From the NCBI GenBank assembly GCA_951406725.2, contig OX597819.1:73594001-73658000 (forward strand): DNA of 64,000 nucleotides, written 5' to 3'. A model generated the notes under the pieces. That model did not search any database. It saw nothing but the letters and a program-made list of their open reading frames with translations, and was not told where the DNA came from. Each line of letters begins with the position of its first letter. Position 1 is the stretch's first letter. Below, in pieces: positions 29,101 through 43,500 of this stretch. The position numbers and the translations under genes were made by a program. This stretch comes from Octopus vulgaris (taxonomy: Eukaryota).

Positions 29101-30017
29101 CCAAATTGCAGTTACTTTTGTAGGAAAGAGCACTATTTCCAACAAACCACGAAATATAGAAGTTTATATCCTCTCTTTGAAGTCACAGATAACTTAGCCA
29201 GAGAAGTGCCATTTATTTTACTTTTGTACTTAAAGGAATGAACATGGTTAGATAATTGGCCTTGAATTTCGAAGCATTCACAGGTGTTTTGACCAACAAC
29301 TTATTAAATCATTCATTAGACATCGTATCTAAAAGGGCATATATCACACTTCCTACAGTTCCACATTGTATTGGGTGTGTAATCATAAGAGGCTTTATTT
29401 GTTCTGTTAAGGTTAATTGTCATTAAATAACTCATTATTATCTTTCCATTTCTGTGCCAGCCAGTTGAGCCTTCTTTCTCACCTTCCTTCCTTTCTTCAA
29501 AATGCAGAAACATATCTATGAAGTGTTTGGCATTTTATTTATCGGCATCACACACACACGCACACACTTATATCTGTTCATTGCCTGACTTGTTTTGTTA
29601 TTTTATCATTTATACTGAGTTGCTTTCCCTCATCATTCACCATTTTTGATTTGTATATTTGCGAAATATTTAATTTTTTCATTTCAGTTTGTAAATTTAT
29701 CAAAGATATGTTGCAAATTGCCTGGTCTTTATTTAGTATGTGTGTGTGTGTGTGTGAGAAAGAGAGAGAGGAGAGAGACCTTTCAGAAAAAAATTAAACA
29801 CATGGAGGAAGGTGACTGTGTTTTAAGCCTTTTTTTTTAAATCTTAATTTTCTGTTTGTTTGTTTTGATCATTTATTTTTCAGTTTAGCTTTCTATAAAT
29901 TTTCCAACTTGTCATAGTTTTTGATTTGTTTTTCTTTGCCTTGTTATCGTAAATTGCAATTTTTGTACAAATTTTCAGCCTTTTCCCTCACTGTGACCAT
30001 GCTGAATATATATCCTG

Positions 30018-30061
<44 letters not shown>

Positions 30062-30181
30062 TTGTCTTTTATCTTTGTGTTAACATAATTTTGTCTGATA
30101 AATAGTGATTCCTGTTTTTACAAAATATTTCTGTTTCTTCTAATTGTTGTTGTTATTGTTGTTTCTGTTATATACTCGTGC

Positions 30182-30224
<43 letters not shown>

Positions 30225-31534
30225 TGCTCTTTCATTGAATATTCTGACCCAGTTTTTCTTTTTGTTTTTCTCCCTTTTTCTTCTGAACTTTGTGTTTTCT
30301 TTTATTGACAACCACCTAACCTTTTTAGTAAATAAACATCTTCTGGTTAGGTAGATGGAAAATAATGATATTTTGAATTGCTTTTAGAATATAGAAATGA
30401 CTTGTTTTGAAAGACAAATCAAATAATCTTATATTACGGGAGATCAACATGTATATAGTCTTATATGTTTGCTATAGCAGCTGACCTGGTCTTGTGTCTA
30501 TTACTTTATTCATTTATCAGATTACAGTTATATACAATCATTATTTCCAAAACTGAGAATCTTTTATATATATATATATATAGTGAAGACATGACACGAT
30601 AGGTAAAGAAATTTGAAAAGAAAATACAAAACCGGTTATTTCTCCAAAAACTATGTTACTATACGCAAAATTTTATAATATTTTTCTAAATTAACAACTT
30701 AAATATATTCTTTAACCATAAAATACAAGCCTTCTGTAGTTTTTTCAATCTTTTTTGTTTATATATATATATATATTTGGAGAGGAGATTTTTTTTCTCA
30801 AAGAGTTAAGATTGAGAAGAAAACCTTTTTAGAAAGTCAAAAGACACTAACCTTTGGGAAGAGATTTCACAAAATCTCTGTGGCTTTTGCTTTTATTGAT
30901 GTGCAAGCGCTTGAAAATGTTAAGGACTTAAAGCGCTTGCATATCTATAAAAGCAAAAGCCACATACATTTTGTGAAATCTCTTCCCAATGGTTAGTGTC
31001 TTTTGACTTTCTAAAAAGGTTCTCTTCTTAATCTTAACTTTTTGAGAAAAAATCTTCTCTCCAAATATTATAAATGTATCAAGGAATTTCCAAAACACTC
31101 CATATATATATACATACATATATATATATATAGTAAAGTATTAGCAGATGCTCAGGGAAGGAAAGAAAGATGGTTTAATGTTTTGAGTGAAGCTCTTCTT
31201 CAGAAACAGAGGAAAGTCCAATAGAAAAGGAAGACAGAAGAAAAAAACATTGTTTACATTATTTACAATTGATGGATATTTGTCCTCATCTTGTTTGTTG
31301 TTAACACAACGTTTCAGCCTTAAATATAGAACTGTAGAGGAAAAAAAAATCGCCAACAATTCACATATATAGGCGCAGGCATGGCTGTATGGTAAGAAGC
31401 TTGCTTCCCAACCATGTGGTTCAGGGTTCAGTCCCACTATGCGGCACCTTGGGCAAGTGTCTTCTATTATAGACTGAGGCTGACCAAAGCCTTCTGAGTG
31501 GATTTGGTAGACGGAAACTGAAAGAAGCCCATCG

Positions 31535-31566
<32 letters not shown>

Positions 31567-34500
31567 GTGTGTGTCTGTGTTTGTCCCCCCGCTATTGCTT
31601 GACAACCGATGTTGGTGTGTTTATGTCCCTGTGACTTAGCGGTTAGGCAAAAGAGACTGATAGAATAAGTACTAGGCTTGCGGGGAGTTAGTCCTAGGGT
31701 TGATTTATTTGACTGAAGGTGGTGCACCAGCATGGCCACAGTCAAATGCCTGAAACAAATAAAAGAATACGTGTGTGTGTGTTTGTGTCTCCTTGTCTTC
31801 ATCTCATGTGGTAGATGTAAACAGGTGTCGCTGTAAAACAAGCAATGCTACTCACTTCCAACATTCAGCGGAAAACCTGTCCAGCCATGGGAAAATATTA
31901 CCTTGGAAACATACAAATGTTGGCAACAGGAAGAGCATCCAGCTGTAGAAAAAAAATCTCCCTCAGTAAACTCCATGTGAGCTTTGTAAGCATGGGGAAA
32001 TGGATGTTCTGTAAGAGGGGGCTAGTTGGCCTAGGGAAGCATATAGCTTATTAGTAAGGTTGTTTTTAGCATATAAACATAGGCATGGCTATGTGGTAAG
32101 AAGTTTGCTTGCCAGCCACATGGTTCTGGGTTCAGTCCCTCTGCATAGCACCTTGGGCAAGTGTCTTCTATAGCTTCATGCTGACCAAAGCCTTGTGAGT
32201 GGATTTGGTAGATGGAAACTGAAAGAAGCCTACCAAGTATATATGTGTGTCTGTTTCTCCCACATCATTAACTGGCAACTGGTGTTGGCATGTTTACAAC
32301 ACATTACTTAGCAGTTTGGAAAAAGTGACTGATAAAATAAGTACCAAGCTTTAAAATAATAGTACATGTGTCAATTCATTCAGCTAAAATTTCTTTAAAG
32401 CAATGCCCCAGAATGGCCGCAGTCTAATGATTGAAACACATAAAAGATAAATTTGAACATTTCACAGTTTTGTATGCATATGTCCTCATTAGTAAAATGC
32501 AGATATAATTAATGAAATTTCAGTTTGACTTTACTTAGCCTGTGTTATACTTTTGATAAATTTAATCATAAAAAAAAATAAATTATCAGAATGTTTATCT
32601 TTTTTTTTTGTGAGTTTTGTCCATATTTACACACATCTCTAATCCTGTGCCATTTGTTTTAAAATAGGTCTATATATTGGTCTGCAGCTGTTATTTGGTG
32701 ATCTTCCCTTCCTCAAATCTACCAACCCAATACCTTTCAATAAAGGTGCGGCATTAGTCCAGCAGTGCAGTTTCCCAGAGTCTTTATTGCCAGGTCAAAT
32801 ATTTTTTATTTATTTATTTATTTATCTCTATGCTATTTCCAAATTCTTGCTAATCTTAACAACATATTTCTTTGTGTCAAGGCACATGGCTCAGTGGTTA
32901 GGGCATTTGGTTCACAATCGTAAGGTCGTGAGTTCAATTCCTGGAGATGTGTTGTGTCCTTGAGCAAGACACTTTATTTCACATTGCTCCAGTTCACTCA
33001 GCTGGCAAAAATGAGTAATTGTAGATAAAGGGGCCAGCCTTGTCACATTCTGTGTCACACTGAATCTCCCTGAGAACACCATTAAGGGTACACGTGTCTG
33101 TGGAGTGCTCAGCCACTTGCACATTAATTTCTTGAGCAGGCTGTTCCGTTGATTGTATCAGATGGAACCCTTGTTGTTGTAACCGACGGAGTGCTTGTCT
33201 ATTTCTTAGTGAGGTTTATAAATATTTGGAAACCAATAATTTTTCAGGTCAATTTCTTACCAAAACTTCCTGCAATATCACGACAATGGAATTCTTTCTT
33301 TGCAATGAATTTAGATGTATTGGATGTTACAAGTTATTCTTGTGGAATCTCAGCTGAGATGATTAGATGCAACACCATCACAATCACCATTTTATATACA
33401 TTTTCCAAGCTGACATAGGTTAGAATGGCTTGACATGATCTAACAAACTAGATGACTGTGTCAAGCACCAGTCTATGGTTTGGCATGGTTTCTACGATTC
33501 GATGCCCTTGCTCTCACCAGCCACCTTACAGAGTGTACTGGGTACATTTTTGTGGCACTGGCATCTTACAAGACAAAATGCCTCCAATTAAGTGGGGTTG
33601 TCATTGACTGGGGAGATGTCATTATGCTGGGTAATGTGAGGTTGAACTATGACAGAAGGACAGAGACAGGTGTCTTGCTGTCAGGGAAATACATGGCTAC
33701 CCTGCACAATATACGGGTGGATGGGAGTTACTGGAAAGAAGACAAAGATGGTGTTTATGAGGTGTTGGAGCATAGAAGATGAGAATAAGACAGAATACGG
33801 ACATAGATTTGTCTAGTTTGGAAATTGATAGCATTTATGAATAGATGGAAGCTATTGATGTATGACAGGATGGGTTATTTTGCAGTTTGGTAAATCAGTT
33901 CCACAATTATCTGCAATGTTAAAAGTTAATCATAAAATAGCAGGAATGATATATCTAAAAGACACACTTTTCAAACAAAAGTTCATTCTTTCATCCCTTC
34001 CATTATTCATCATCATCATTTAATGTCTGTTTTCTATGCTGGCATGGTTGGATGGTCTGACAGGAGCTGCACCAGGTTCCATTGTCTGTTTTGGCATGGT
34101 TTCTGTGGCTGGATGCTCTTTCTAATACCCACCACTTTACAGAGTGCACTGGGCAGTGGCAGCTTGTGTTTAGGCACTGCAGAACTGCAGCACCCCTCGT
34201 TTCCACTCCATATTATTGATAACATTCAATATGATGAATAGTATTTTTCTTTAATTATTTCTTTATACTTGTACATTACATAATCCTTAAGCTTAACTTC
34301 AGTAGCCATCCCCTAGTTTATGAAAGAAATACAAAAATCCTTGTATAGAACTGTGCTCTTCACAGTTCCATCTACACACTGTTTGGCTGTTGTGCGTATG
34401 CTTACATGTCTGAGATAAGAAACTTCACATAAGGGAGGGAGAGAGAGCACTGCGTGTACGACAGTTCCACGTGAAAGGTAGTGTCTTTTTTTGACTGTGT

Positions 34501-37500
34501 TGTGCTTAAAAATGTGTTTATATTCTTGAATGTGATAAAGTGTAGAATTAGATTATTATCCTGGGTCCAACTTCAGTGTTGCTGCCTGGATTTGAAAAAC
34601 AGGGCACATTCCCCCCCCCCCCCCGTATTTTGTGATTTGGGGGGATTTTTGAAAAACAAGGGAGAATTTGTGACAGTGTTCAGTGAACAGATTATACACA
34701 CTACTTGGTAGTGGCTAAAACACGAACTGATCAAGTTTATGTATAAATTTCCTTTTTATATGTTTGTTTCTTTTTACACAATATTAAAACAATGGCGAAA
34801 AATTTTCTGAAGAGCAGACCCCCCCCCCACTAATTTTATCTACGAGCTGCCACTGGTTCTTGGTGCTTTTTATGTGGCACCAACACCAGTGCTTATTAAC
34901 TAAGAAAAAAAAATGTGTAAGACTCTGCAATGGTCAGGGGACTTCTACTCCATTTAATAGGAATAGAAGAAAATAAAAGATTAAAATAAATTGACATGAT
35001 ATTTATGAAAAAGGGTCATCTAAGTTGTTATTAGTTGTTATTATGAGGAACCCACAGAAAAGTGGGACAGTAAGCCAAGGAGGATTCCAACAGATCAGCC
35101 AAGCATAAGTCTGGAGTAGAGTTGCTCATATACAAAGTAGAGTGGGTTGCTCTCACGAAATGGTTAAGCATTTTTAATACTGGTGTAAACTGTCACATTT
35201 TGACGGGTTACCTGAAACACACCAGGGATCCGGTTGTATGAAAGGAACATGGCAGGCACTATTTCATTGGCACCATTTTAAGTGTATCCATAATCATTGA
35301 ACCAATTACTTCTGTGCCACTTTTCTGCTCATGCATGATTGCTGAAGCTATTTAAAACCAATATCATTATTACAATTTTAATGGTCATCATCATGTGACA
35401 TCTGCTCTCCTTGCTAGTTTATGACCAGAAAGAGTAAAGGCACAAATACAAGTAGCTGAAATGGGGTTCTTCCAAAATATCTCTGGGCTAATATTACTCA
35501 TCAGGGTGCATAGCTTGGAGATCAGGGCCTCTCTCCAGGTTGAGTTGCTACTTCTCTGCTATGAGGGGTCACAGTCCAACGGACATGTGGTTAGAATGTT
35601 GCAGGAAAAAATTGCAAGACAGATTCTTGAAGCTGAACCAACCAACAGGAGACCTCGGTTGGTCATGTTTGGGAATCCAGCAGGAAAGAGTAATGACGGC
35701 TGCTTTTGATTGGCCCCTAGCAAGGAGGTGCCTGAGGACTCTATGCCTCATGACTAGGAAGGAGGTGCCTGAGGACTCTACGCCTCATGACTAGGAAGGA
35801 GGTGCCTGAGGACTCTACGCCTCATGACTAGGAAGGAGGTGCCTGAGGACTCTACGCCTCATGACTAGGAAGGAGGTGCCTGAGGACTCTATGCCTCATG
35901 ACCCCTCCCCCACAGGAATAGTGGACAGAGGAATGGCTGAATAAATGTTTTTCTTCAATGCTTGTTTGTTAGCACTTTTTTTAAATTTAATTTTTTCTTA
36001 CATTAGGTGATGTACGGAATGATCTGTATATAGTTTTGTCCCATGGAGAGTTCGAGCGAGGCAATAAGACATCGGCAAAGAATGTAGAAGTGACAATGAA
36101 AGCTTTTGATAGCATCGGAGAATCAATTCCTGTAAGTTAAGAAATCATTACCTTGTCTTATATTCTTGTCAGAGCATAAATAAAATGGCGATTTTCCCTT
36201 GTATTTGATTCAGCTGCATCTGTATTGTTTTCTATCAATAACAATACATTTTCATATCTATTTTTGCATGCTAGCTTGGATTAGATGTATATATTACCAA
36301 GGCATTGTTATATAGTTGGCTGCCTTTACAGTCACTAACCCTCATCTGTTTATCAGGTTAGGGATTTTTTTTCTTCACACACAAAATGAGTGGACAATTT
36401 GTTGACAGCAACACTGCTAAAGCTCCCAACATTTGCAGAGCATAAGTGTAAAAACATAGCTGCATACACATGTACACACCTATGCAAAACAGGCTGGCTT
36501 GATGGGCAGGGCAATACATATATATATATTTCTGTCTGTTTATACAGTGTAACTTCTATCCTGTAATGAAATGTGTGTAACATGGAATTAAAAACGGCAA
36601 ATTTTCCAACCTTTCTTTTAATATAAACTTACTCTGCAAATATGATTCTCCAGAACCCCCACCTAATATATATGCTTCATTGAAAATTAACATTCTGAGT
36701 GTGTGTGTGTGTGTGTGTGTGTGTATACACATATACAAACATGGGTGTGTGGTGAGTAGCTTGCTTACCGACCACATGGCTCTGGGTTCATTCCCACTGC
36801 ATGGCATCTTGGGTAAGTATCTCCTACTATAGCCTTGGGCTGACCAAAGCCTTGTGAGTGGATTTGGTTGATGGAAACTGAAAGAAGCCCATCATAGATG
36901 TGTGCGTGTGTCTGTTTTTGTCCCCCCACCATCACTTGACAACTGATGTTGGTGTGTTTACATCCTTGTAACTTAGCAGTTTGGCAATTGAAGCCAATAG
37001 AATAAGTACTAAGCTTACACAGAATAAGTCCTGGGGTCAGTTTATATATATATATATAAAACAAATTATTATCTCTATTTATTGTAATTCATGAGGATTG
37101 TGAATTTATGGCTGTTTTTTCCTTCCTTTTTTCTGCAGGATTGTATTTATCGAGGTATTGGTGAACCACCATCTTCATATTATCATTCCACCGTTTTCTA
37201 TCACTCCAATAACCCAAAATGGAAGGAAACAGTCAAGGTGAGTTATAACTTTTCTGACTAAAATATTCTCATCTATGGATTACCATCTTTGCACACCCAT
37301 ATTCCATCATTTACTAATATTCTGTATTTTTTCTCCTCAGAAACTCCCCACCACCACCACCAATACCATCTTTCCTTCGTCTTTTCTGCCATTGATACAA
37401 TGGTTTTGGTTCCCCCAATCCTATTGGTGTAAATCTAAATGCTGTAAATTTGTTTTTTTATATATAAGTTACACACTCTCCACTCCCGATCTGCTCTTAT

Positions 37501-40500
37501 GCTCACCCTTGCTTCTTGAGTCTCCCTTCACTACCAGCTTATCTTCTTCTCAGCTACTCTCATCTTCCACCATCTTATATAATGCTGAGTAGCCAGCATT
37601 ATATCTCTTCACAAGTAAGACCCTTATGCTTGTCCCTCTATCACACTTTAACCTCCTCTCAAAGACTTCCCCTTCTTTTTTTCCTTTCCTTATATTTTTA
37701 CTGTCTTGTACCCTGTATGTTCCACATCTTCAGTGTATAGCTAAGTTACCTTATCACCACTTAACATCAATCTGCCGGAAATGAACACTGGTCAGCAGAT
37801 AAAGTTGTTAAACAGCGATGATCTTCTTGAAGCTATATTCTCGTTGAATAACACACTCCAACACTTAATTGAGATATTGACATCTCAGGACTGTGAATTT
37901 GGCAAAGAGATAGGTGGCACGTAAAAAGCACCATCCGATCATGGCCGATGCCAGCTCCTCTGGCCTCTGTGCTGCTAGCATGTAAAAAGCACCCACTACA
38001 CTCTTGGAGTGGTTGGCATTAGGAAGGGCATCCAGCTGTAGAAACCTTGCTAGATCAGATTGGGGCCTGGTGCAGCCTCCTGGCTTTCCAGACCCCAGTC
38101 AGACCATCCAACCCATTCCAGCATGGAAAACGGATAATAAATGAAAAAAGGTAATTTGATATGTCTGTTGTCAACAATCTTGCTTCCACAAGTTTGGTTT
38201 GTAGCAGAATCTGAAAAATCTACCATAATAACTTTTATTCTCCGAAGATAATGATTTGTACTTAATTGTTCTGTTATTAATTGAATGATTATGCATATGA
38301 ACCATTGTATAGTGTGGAAACGGTGCCTCAAGCTATTTGAAACAATCATCATTGTCATCATTTAATGTCCATTTTCCATACTAGCATGGTCTGGATGGTT
38401 TGACAGGAGTTGGCAAGCCAGAGAGCTGCACCAAGCTCCATTGCCCGCTTTTGGCATGGTTTTAACAGTGGGATGCCCTTCCTAATGCCAACCACTTTAC
38501 AGAGTGTACTCAGAGCTTTTTTATGTGGCACCAGCATAGGTAGAGAAAATAATTCTTAATTTTTTTGTGTGATTGCTGTGTCTGTCTGTCTGTCTATCTA
38601 TCATCTATTTATCTATCTATCTATCCCTTTATATATATATATATCAGATGAACTGTCTTTACCCCTGTAAACCATAAGGCTGTGTTTTTCCACTTTGCAG
38701 TTTACTTTACCCATAGAGAAGTTCACTGGTGCACACATCCGACTGGAACTGCGGCATTGTTCAAGTAAGTTGTAGCCAAAAAGTTAATCCTCTCTCACAC
38801 ATTTTGTTGTTGTCATTGTTTTTTTTTTACGCAGGTTTTTGAACAGTTTTTGATTTGATTTTTCTCTCTTTATTCTTCATTTGCAGCAAGTGACAAAAAA
38901 CAAGGGGAGAATTTGCTCGGGTTTTCTTTCATCAAAATTACCAATCAAGACATAACACTTACAGATGCCACCCACACTTTGTGTATTTATAAAGTAAGAA
39001 CATTTTCTCTTTAATGTCTGAAGGTATTAAGATGGTGAGTTGGCAGAACCCTTAGCATACCAGGCAAACAACTTAGCAGCATTTCGTCAGCCTTTACGTT
39101 CTCAGCTTGAATTCCATCAAGGTCAACTTGGCCTTTCATCTTTTCGAGATCGATAAGAAAAGTACCAGTTATACACTGGGGTCAATGTAATCGGGCTTAT
39201 CCCCTTCCCTGAGCTTGCTAGCATTATGCCAAAGTTTCACAACATTAATCCCTGCCTATCATGCAGGAGACTGGTGTTCAATTCCCCACTGGGGAGACTT
39301 GTTATTACTTGTGGTGCCCCAACATAGCCACAGCCCTGGAGCTGAAACACATAACAGAATAGTGTGTGTGTGTGTGAACAGATTTAGTAGATCATCATCT
39401 TCATCATCATCCACTTACACTGCTTGCCTGGATTCCTGTGACTCTCTATTGCCATCCAATTCTATAATACTTGGCAGGTGAGAGGAATTGCAGTTGGTGT
39501 TGTCACAAATCTGTTCAATACAGTTCCTTGCATCACATTCTCTTCTAGCTCTTCCTTGTGTTGGCTCTCACAAAAGAGCTTCACTAACAACTTCATCTGT
39601 AGCTCTCTGGCAATGCCCTGTGAATCTTATTCCATGCTCTTTGGTGTCTGTTACTGAATAAAGGTTCCCATTCAATTGCTCATTGGTCAGGCAGTCTCTC
39701 CAGCTAACATTGAAAACCAGTCTTAGCATGCAAATGTAGGCTACATCCTGTCTTCTTTCCAATTTTGAGATAAGAGTCTATGTGATGTAAACACTCACAA
39801 ATTGGTAAAGCTTGGGATGCCATCATCCAGTTATCTCTAGTGTGGCAATGTAGACTTCCAGGCGGCGAGCTGGCAGAAACGTTAGCATGCCGGGCGAAAT
39901 GCGTAGCCATATTTCGTCTGCCGTTACGTTCTGAGTTCAAATTCCGCCAAGGTCGACTTTGCCTTTCATCCTTTCGGGGTCGATAAATTAAGTACCAGTT
40001 ACGCACTGGGGTCAATGTAATCGACTTAATACCTATGTCTGTCCTTGTTTGTCTCCTCTATGTTTAGCCCCTTGTGGGTAATAAAGAAATAGGTATTTTG
40101 TCTATCTTTATGTTCTGAGTTCACATTCCACCGAGATCAACTTTGCCGTTCATCCTTTCAGGATCGATAAATTAAGTACCAGTTGTGTACTGGGGTCGCT
40201 CTAATTGGCTGGCCCCCTCCCCCAAAATTTCGGGTCTTGCACCTCGAGTAGAAAGGAACGTAGACTTCCAGACATGAAAAGGAGTCTCTTTCAAGCAACC
40301 ATTCCCTATGTCCCATTGTGTTTAGGAGATTGAATTTTGAAAAGAAGCCCACCATGTATGTATTTCTGTGCATGGGTGTGTGTGTGTTAAACATGACATC
40401 ATACAAGTGGTGGTATTCATTTACAATCTCGTGTGAAAACATCTCCTGACCAGGGGAAAATGTTACTTCACAAGGAAATAAGTGAGGGTTGGTGACAGGT

Positions 40501-43500
40501 AAGAAAAAATAGGTGGCAACTGGAGAGATTAGATAGGGTTGAGGGGTGACAAGTTATGCAGATGAGTCTGAAAATAGGGAGTGGAGATAGCTGATAGAGC
40601 AGAAACGGGGGGTGAGTTGGGGTGAAGAGTTGCAGAATAGACAGTATTTGTCTATCTCATATATAGTGTGTGTGTGTGGGGGGGGGGGTCTGTTCTGAAG
40701 CTGTGACGATGCTGCTGTTGATGATTTGCAAATTAATGTTTTTGAATCATGTTTTTGAAAGAGAAAAGTGGGCGGGGTGCGGTGGGGGTTTGGCTCTCTT
40801 GACTAATTCAGAGTTACTCCTGAACTGTTGCAATTTATGCTATAGATGTTATAAATTGAACTTCAATTGATGTCTGCCTGAACTAAAGAGGACTGTCTGA
40901 GCCCTTCCCACCCGGTTTCAGTTTAGATAAGATGGGTTTGCATTTACTGAGGCCCATGATTGTTCCTCTCTGCTGAGTGCAAAGAGTGAACCTGTTTTCT
41001 GAATACCCCAGGAGTTGATTGAGTTACCCAACTTCCAACTTGGGTAGTTTTCATGTAAGCATGGACGGGTATAACTGCTGGGAAGGAAGGTTGTTTATAT
41101 GATGTAGTGAGCCCTTGGTAGTTTTGGTTCACTACATCTCTCTCTCCTTCCTCCCCAAAAGCATTTCTTTCGGTTCTGCTTAAAAGTTTGTCTTCGTTTG
41201 ATGTCCTTTATTGGTAATTCTTGCTGTTTTGAGGTATTCTTAAGAAATTCAATCATCCTAACATTGTCTGTGTAACAAAATAACATTACTTTTTCTCTCT
41301 GTTACAGTGTGATACCCTTGTAAATTTAACCTGCATGGATTATTTAAATCTCCCACAAAGTCCTTCGGAAACCTCTCTTTCATCTGTGTCAGCCATCTAC
41401 CAACGGAATTCCAGAGACACTTTGACCATCAGTTCCTGCCTTTGTTCCACAAAGTTTACACAAAACAGTAATATAGAACTTTACCTTTTTTTCTAACATT
41501 GTATTTATTTATTCTGTGAAGTTTCCAAGAGTGGACCTTGGAAGACTCCCTCCTTTGGTGAATTTTTTTTTGTTAGAATTTATACCATCATTTTTACTGC
41601 TTACATGCTTCTATTTATGTAACCCCACATTGTACTGTCCTGTACCAACCCTAATGTTTTTCGTAAGCCCTTAGTGGTAAATAAAAGAAGCATTATTGTT
41701 GTTTTTTGTCTGTGCTAATGACATTGTGGGAGGGTTGGGGTAGCCCAGTCAGCAAGTCTGTGCAGCAGGAGATGACTAAATTCAGTTTCTATGACTTTTT
41801 TATATTATCTATTTATTTTGTAGCTTAAATCAGTGATTTCTAAAGTGGGTGGTGGAAAGATCCAGTTGGGGTGGGGGGCATTGAAGAAAAATGGGGTAAC
41901 CAAAATGGGGCAATGGATGTAAAAAAAAAAACAATAACAAATTAATTAGGTTAAGTTTTCATTGTGAAACACTGTTGTTTTGAATTTGCTGCAGAAAATG
42001 GTTTATGTCTGTGATGGTGAGTGGAGGGGGTGGTTGGAATGTGGCCTTAGAACCAAGGGGGCGGCAGCCTGAAAATGTTTGGTAACCACTGGCTTAAATT
42101 ATCTTGTTCTTATTGTAAGCATATTATTCTAAAAATCAGGACAGGTGCTGGCATGGCAGTGTGGCTAGGGATCTTGCTTCCCAACCACATGGCTCCAGGT
42201 TCCATCCCACTGCATGGCAGCTTAGGCAAGTGTTTTTTTTTTATGGCAATGTGGTTAAGAATTTTGCTTCCCAACCACACGACTCCAGGTTCAGTCCCAC
42301 TGCATGACAGCTTGGGCAAGTGTTTTTTTTTTTTAATCAGTATTGTAGCCCTGGACTACCTTATGAATGTATTTAGTAGACAAAAACTGAAATTTGCAAT
42401 CTGGGTGCTAGGTTCATTCTCGCTTTGTGGAATCCTGTGTAAATGTTATTTTCCACACCTTCAGACCAATCCATATCTTGGAAGTGAAACTGGGTAGATG
42501 GAAACTGTATGGAAACCTATTGAATGGATTGTAATTAAATGTCCGTTTTCCATGCTGACACATGGTTTTACAGGAGGTGGCAAGGCCAGAGAGCTGCACT
42601 AGGCTCCAATGTCTACTTTGGAACAGTTTCTATGGCTGGATACTTTTCCTAATGCCAACAACTTTACAGAGTGTACTGGTGATTTTCATATGGCACCAGT
42701 ATGGTGGGTGGGGTTGTTATGTAGCACCAGCACCACTACTCGATGCAAGGTTGTCAAGTAGCATGCAAAACAAGGGGCTTTCTACTAAGAGAAGGAGAGG
42801 AATCAAGAGAAGTGGCTGTATCTGCTTGAGAATTATGTTAAGGGTTCACATGCCCCTTTCTTGATGACCCTAATGTTGTTATATTGAAGCCGTTGAATAT
42901 GGTGAAATAATTTGTCGTTTCATTTCTTTGTTTGTTTTTTTTTTAATTTGCAGAAGATCTCCTTGATATATTGCAATGGCGAATGAAAACTGACAAAATT
43001 GAACAAAGTTTGGAGAAGCTGATGAGTATTAATGGAAGAGATATTGTCAGGGTAAGCAGAGAGCTTTTCTGTAAAAGTTTTCTTTTTAAGATATTTCTCA
43101 GTTGTCAGAGCATTTTGTAAAGCATCACAGCTCCAAACATACACATCACATGACCATACCAGTGCAGTTGTTTCTCTCGCACACTACATCTGATGCCTCT
43201 TCTGCCCAAATATTCTCTCAAGATATGCTCTGTCATACATGCACACTGACATTGCACATCCAGTGAAGCATACTAGCTTCATTTCTTTCAAGCCTTCGCA
43301 TGTCCTCTGCATTCACAGCTCAAGTTTCGTTGCCATGTAGCATGGCTGTTGACACACGGGCACCATACAGTCTGCCTTTTATTCTGAGAGAAAGGGCCTT
43401 TGTTGCCAACAAAGGTAGAAACTCTCTGAACTTTACCCAGCCTATTCTTATTCTAGCAGCTATACTCATAGAGCATCCACCCCCACTACTAACCAAGTCA

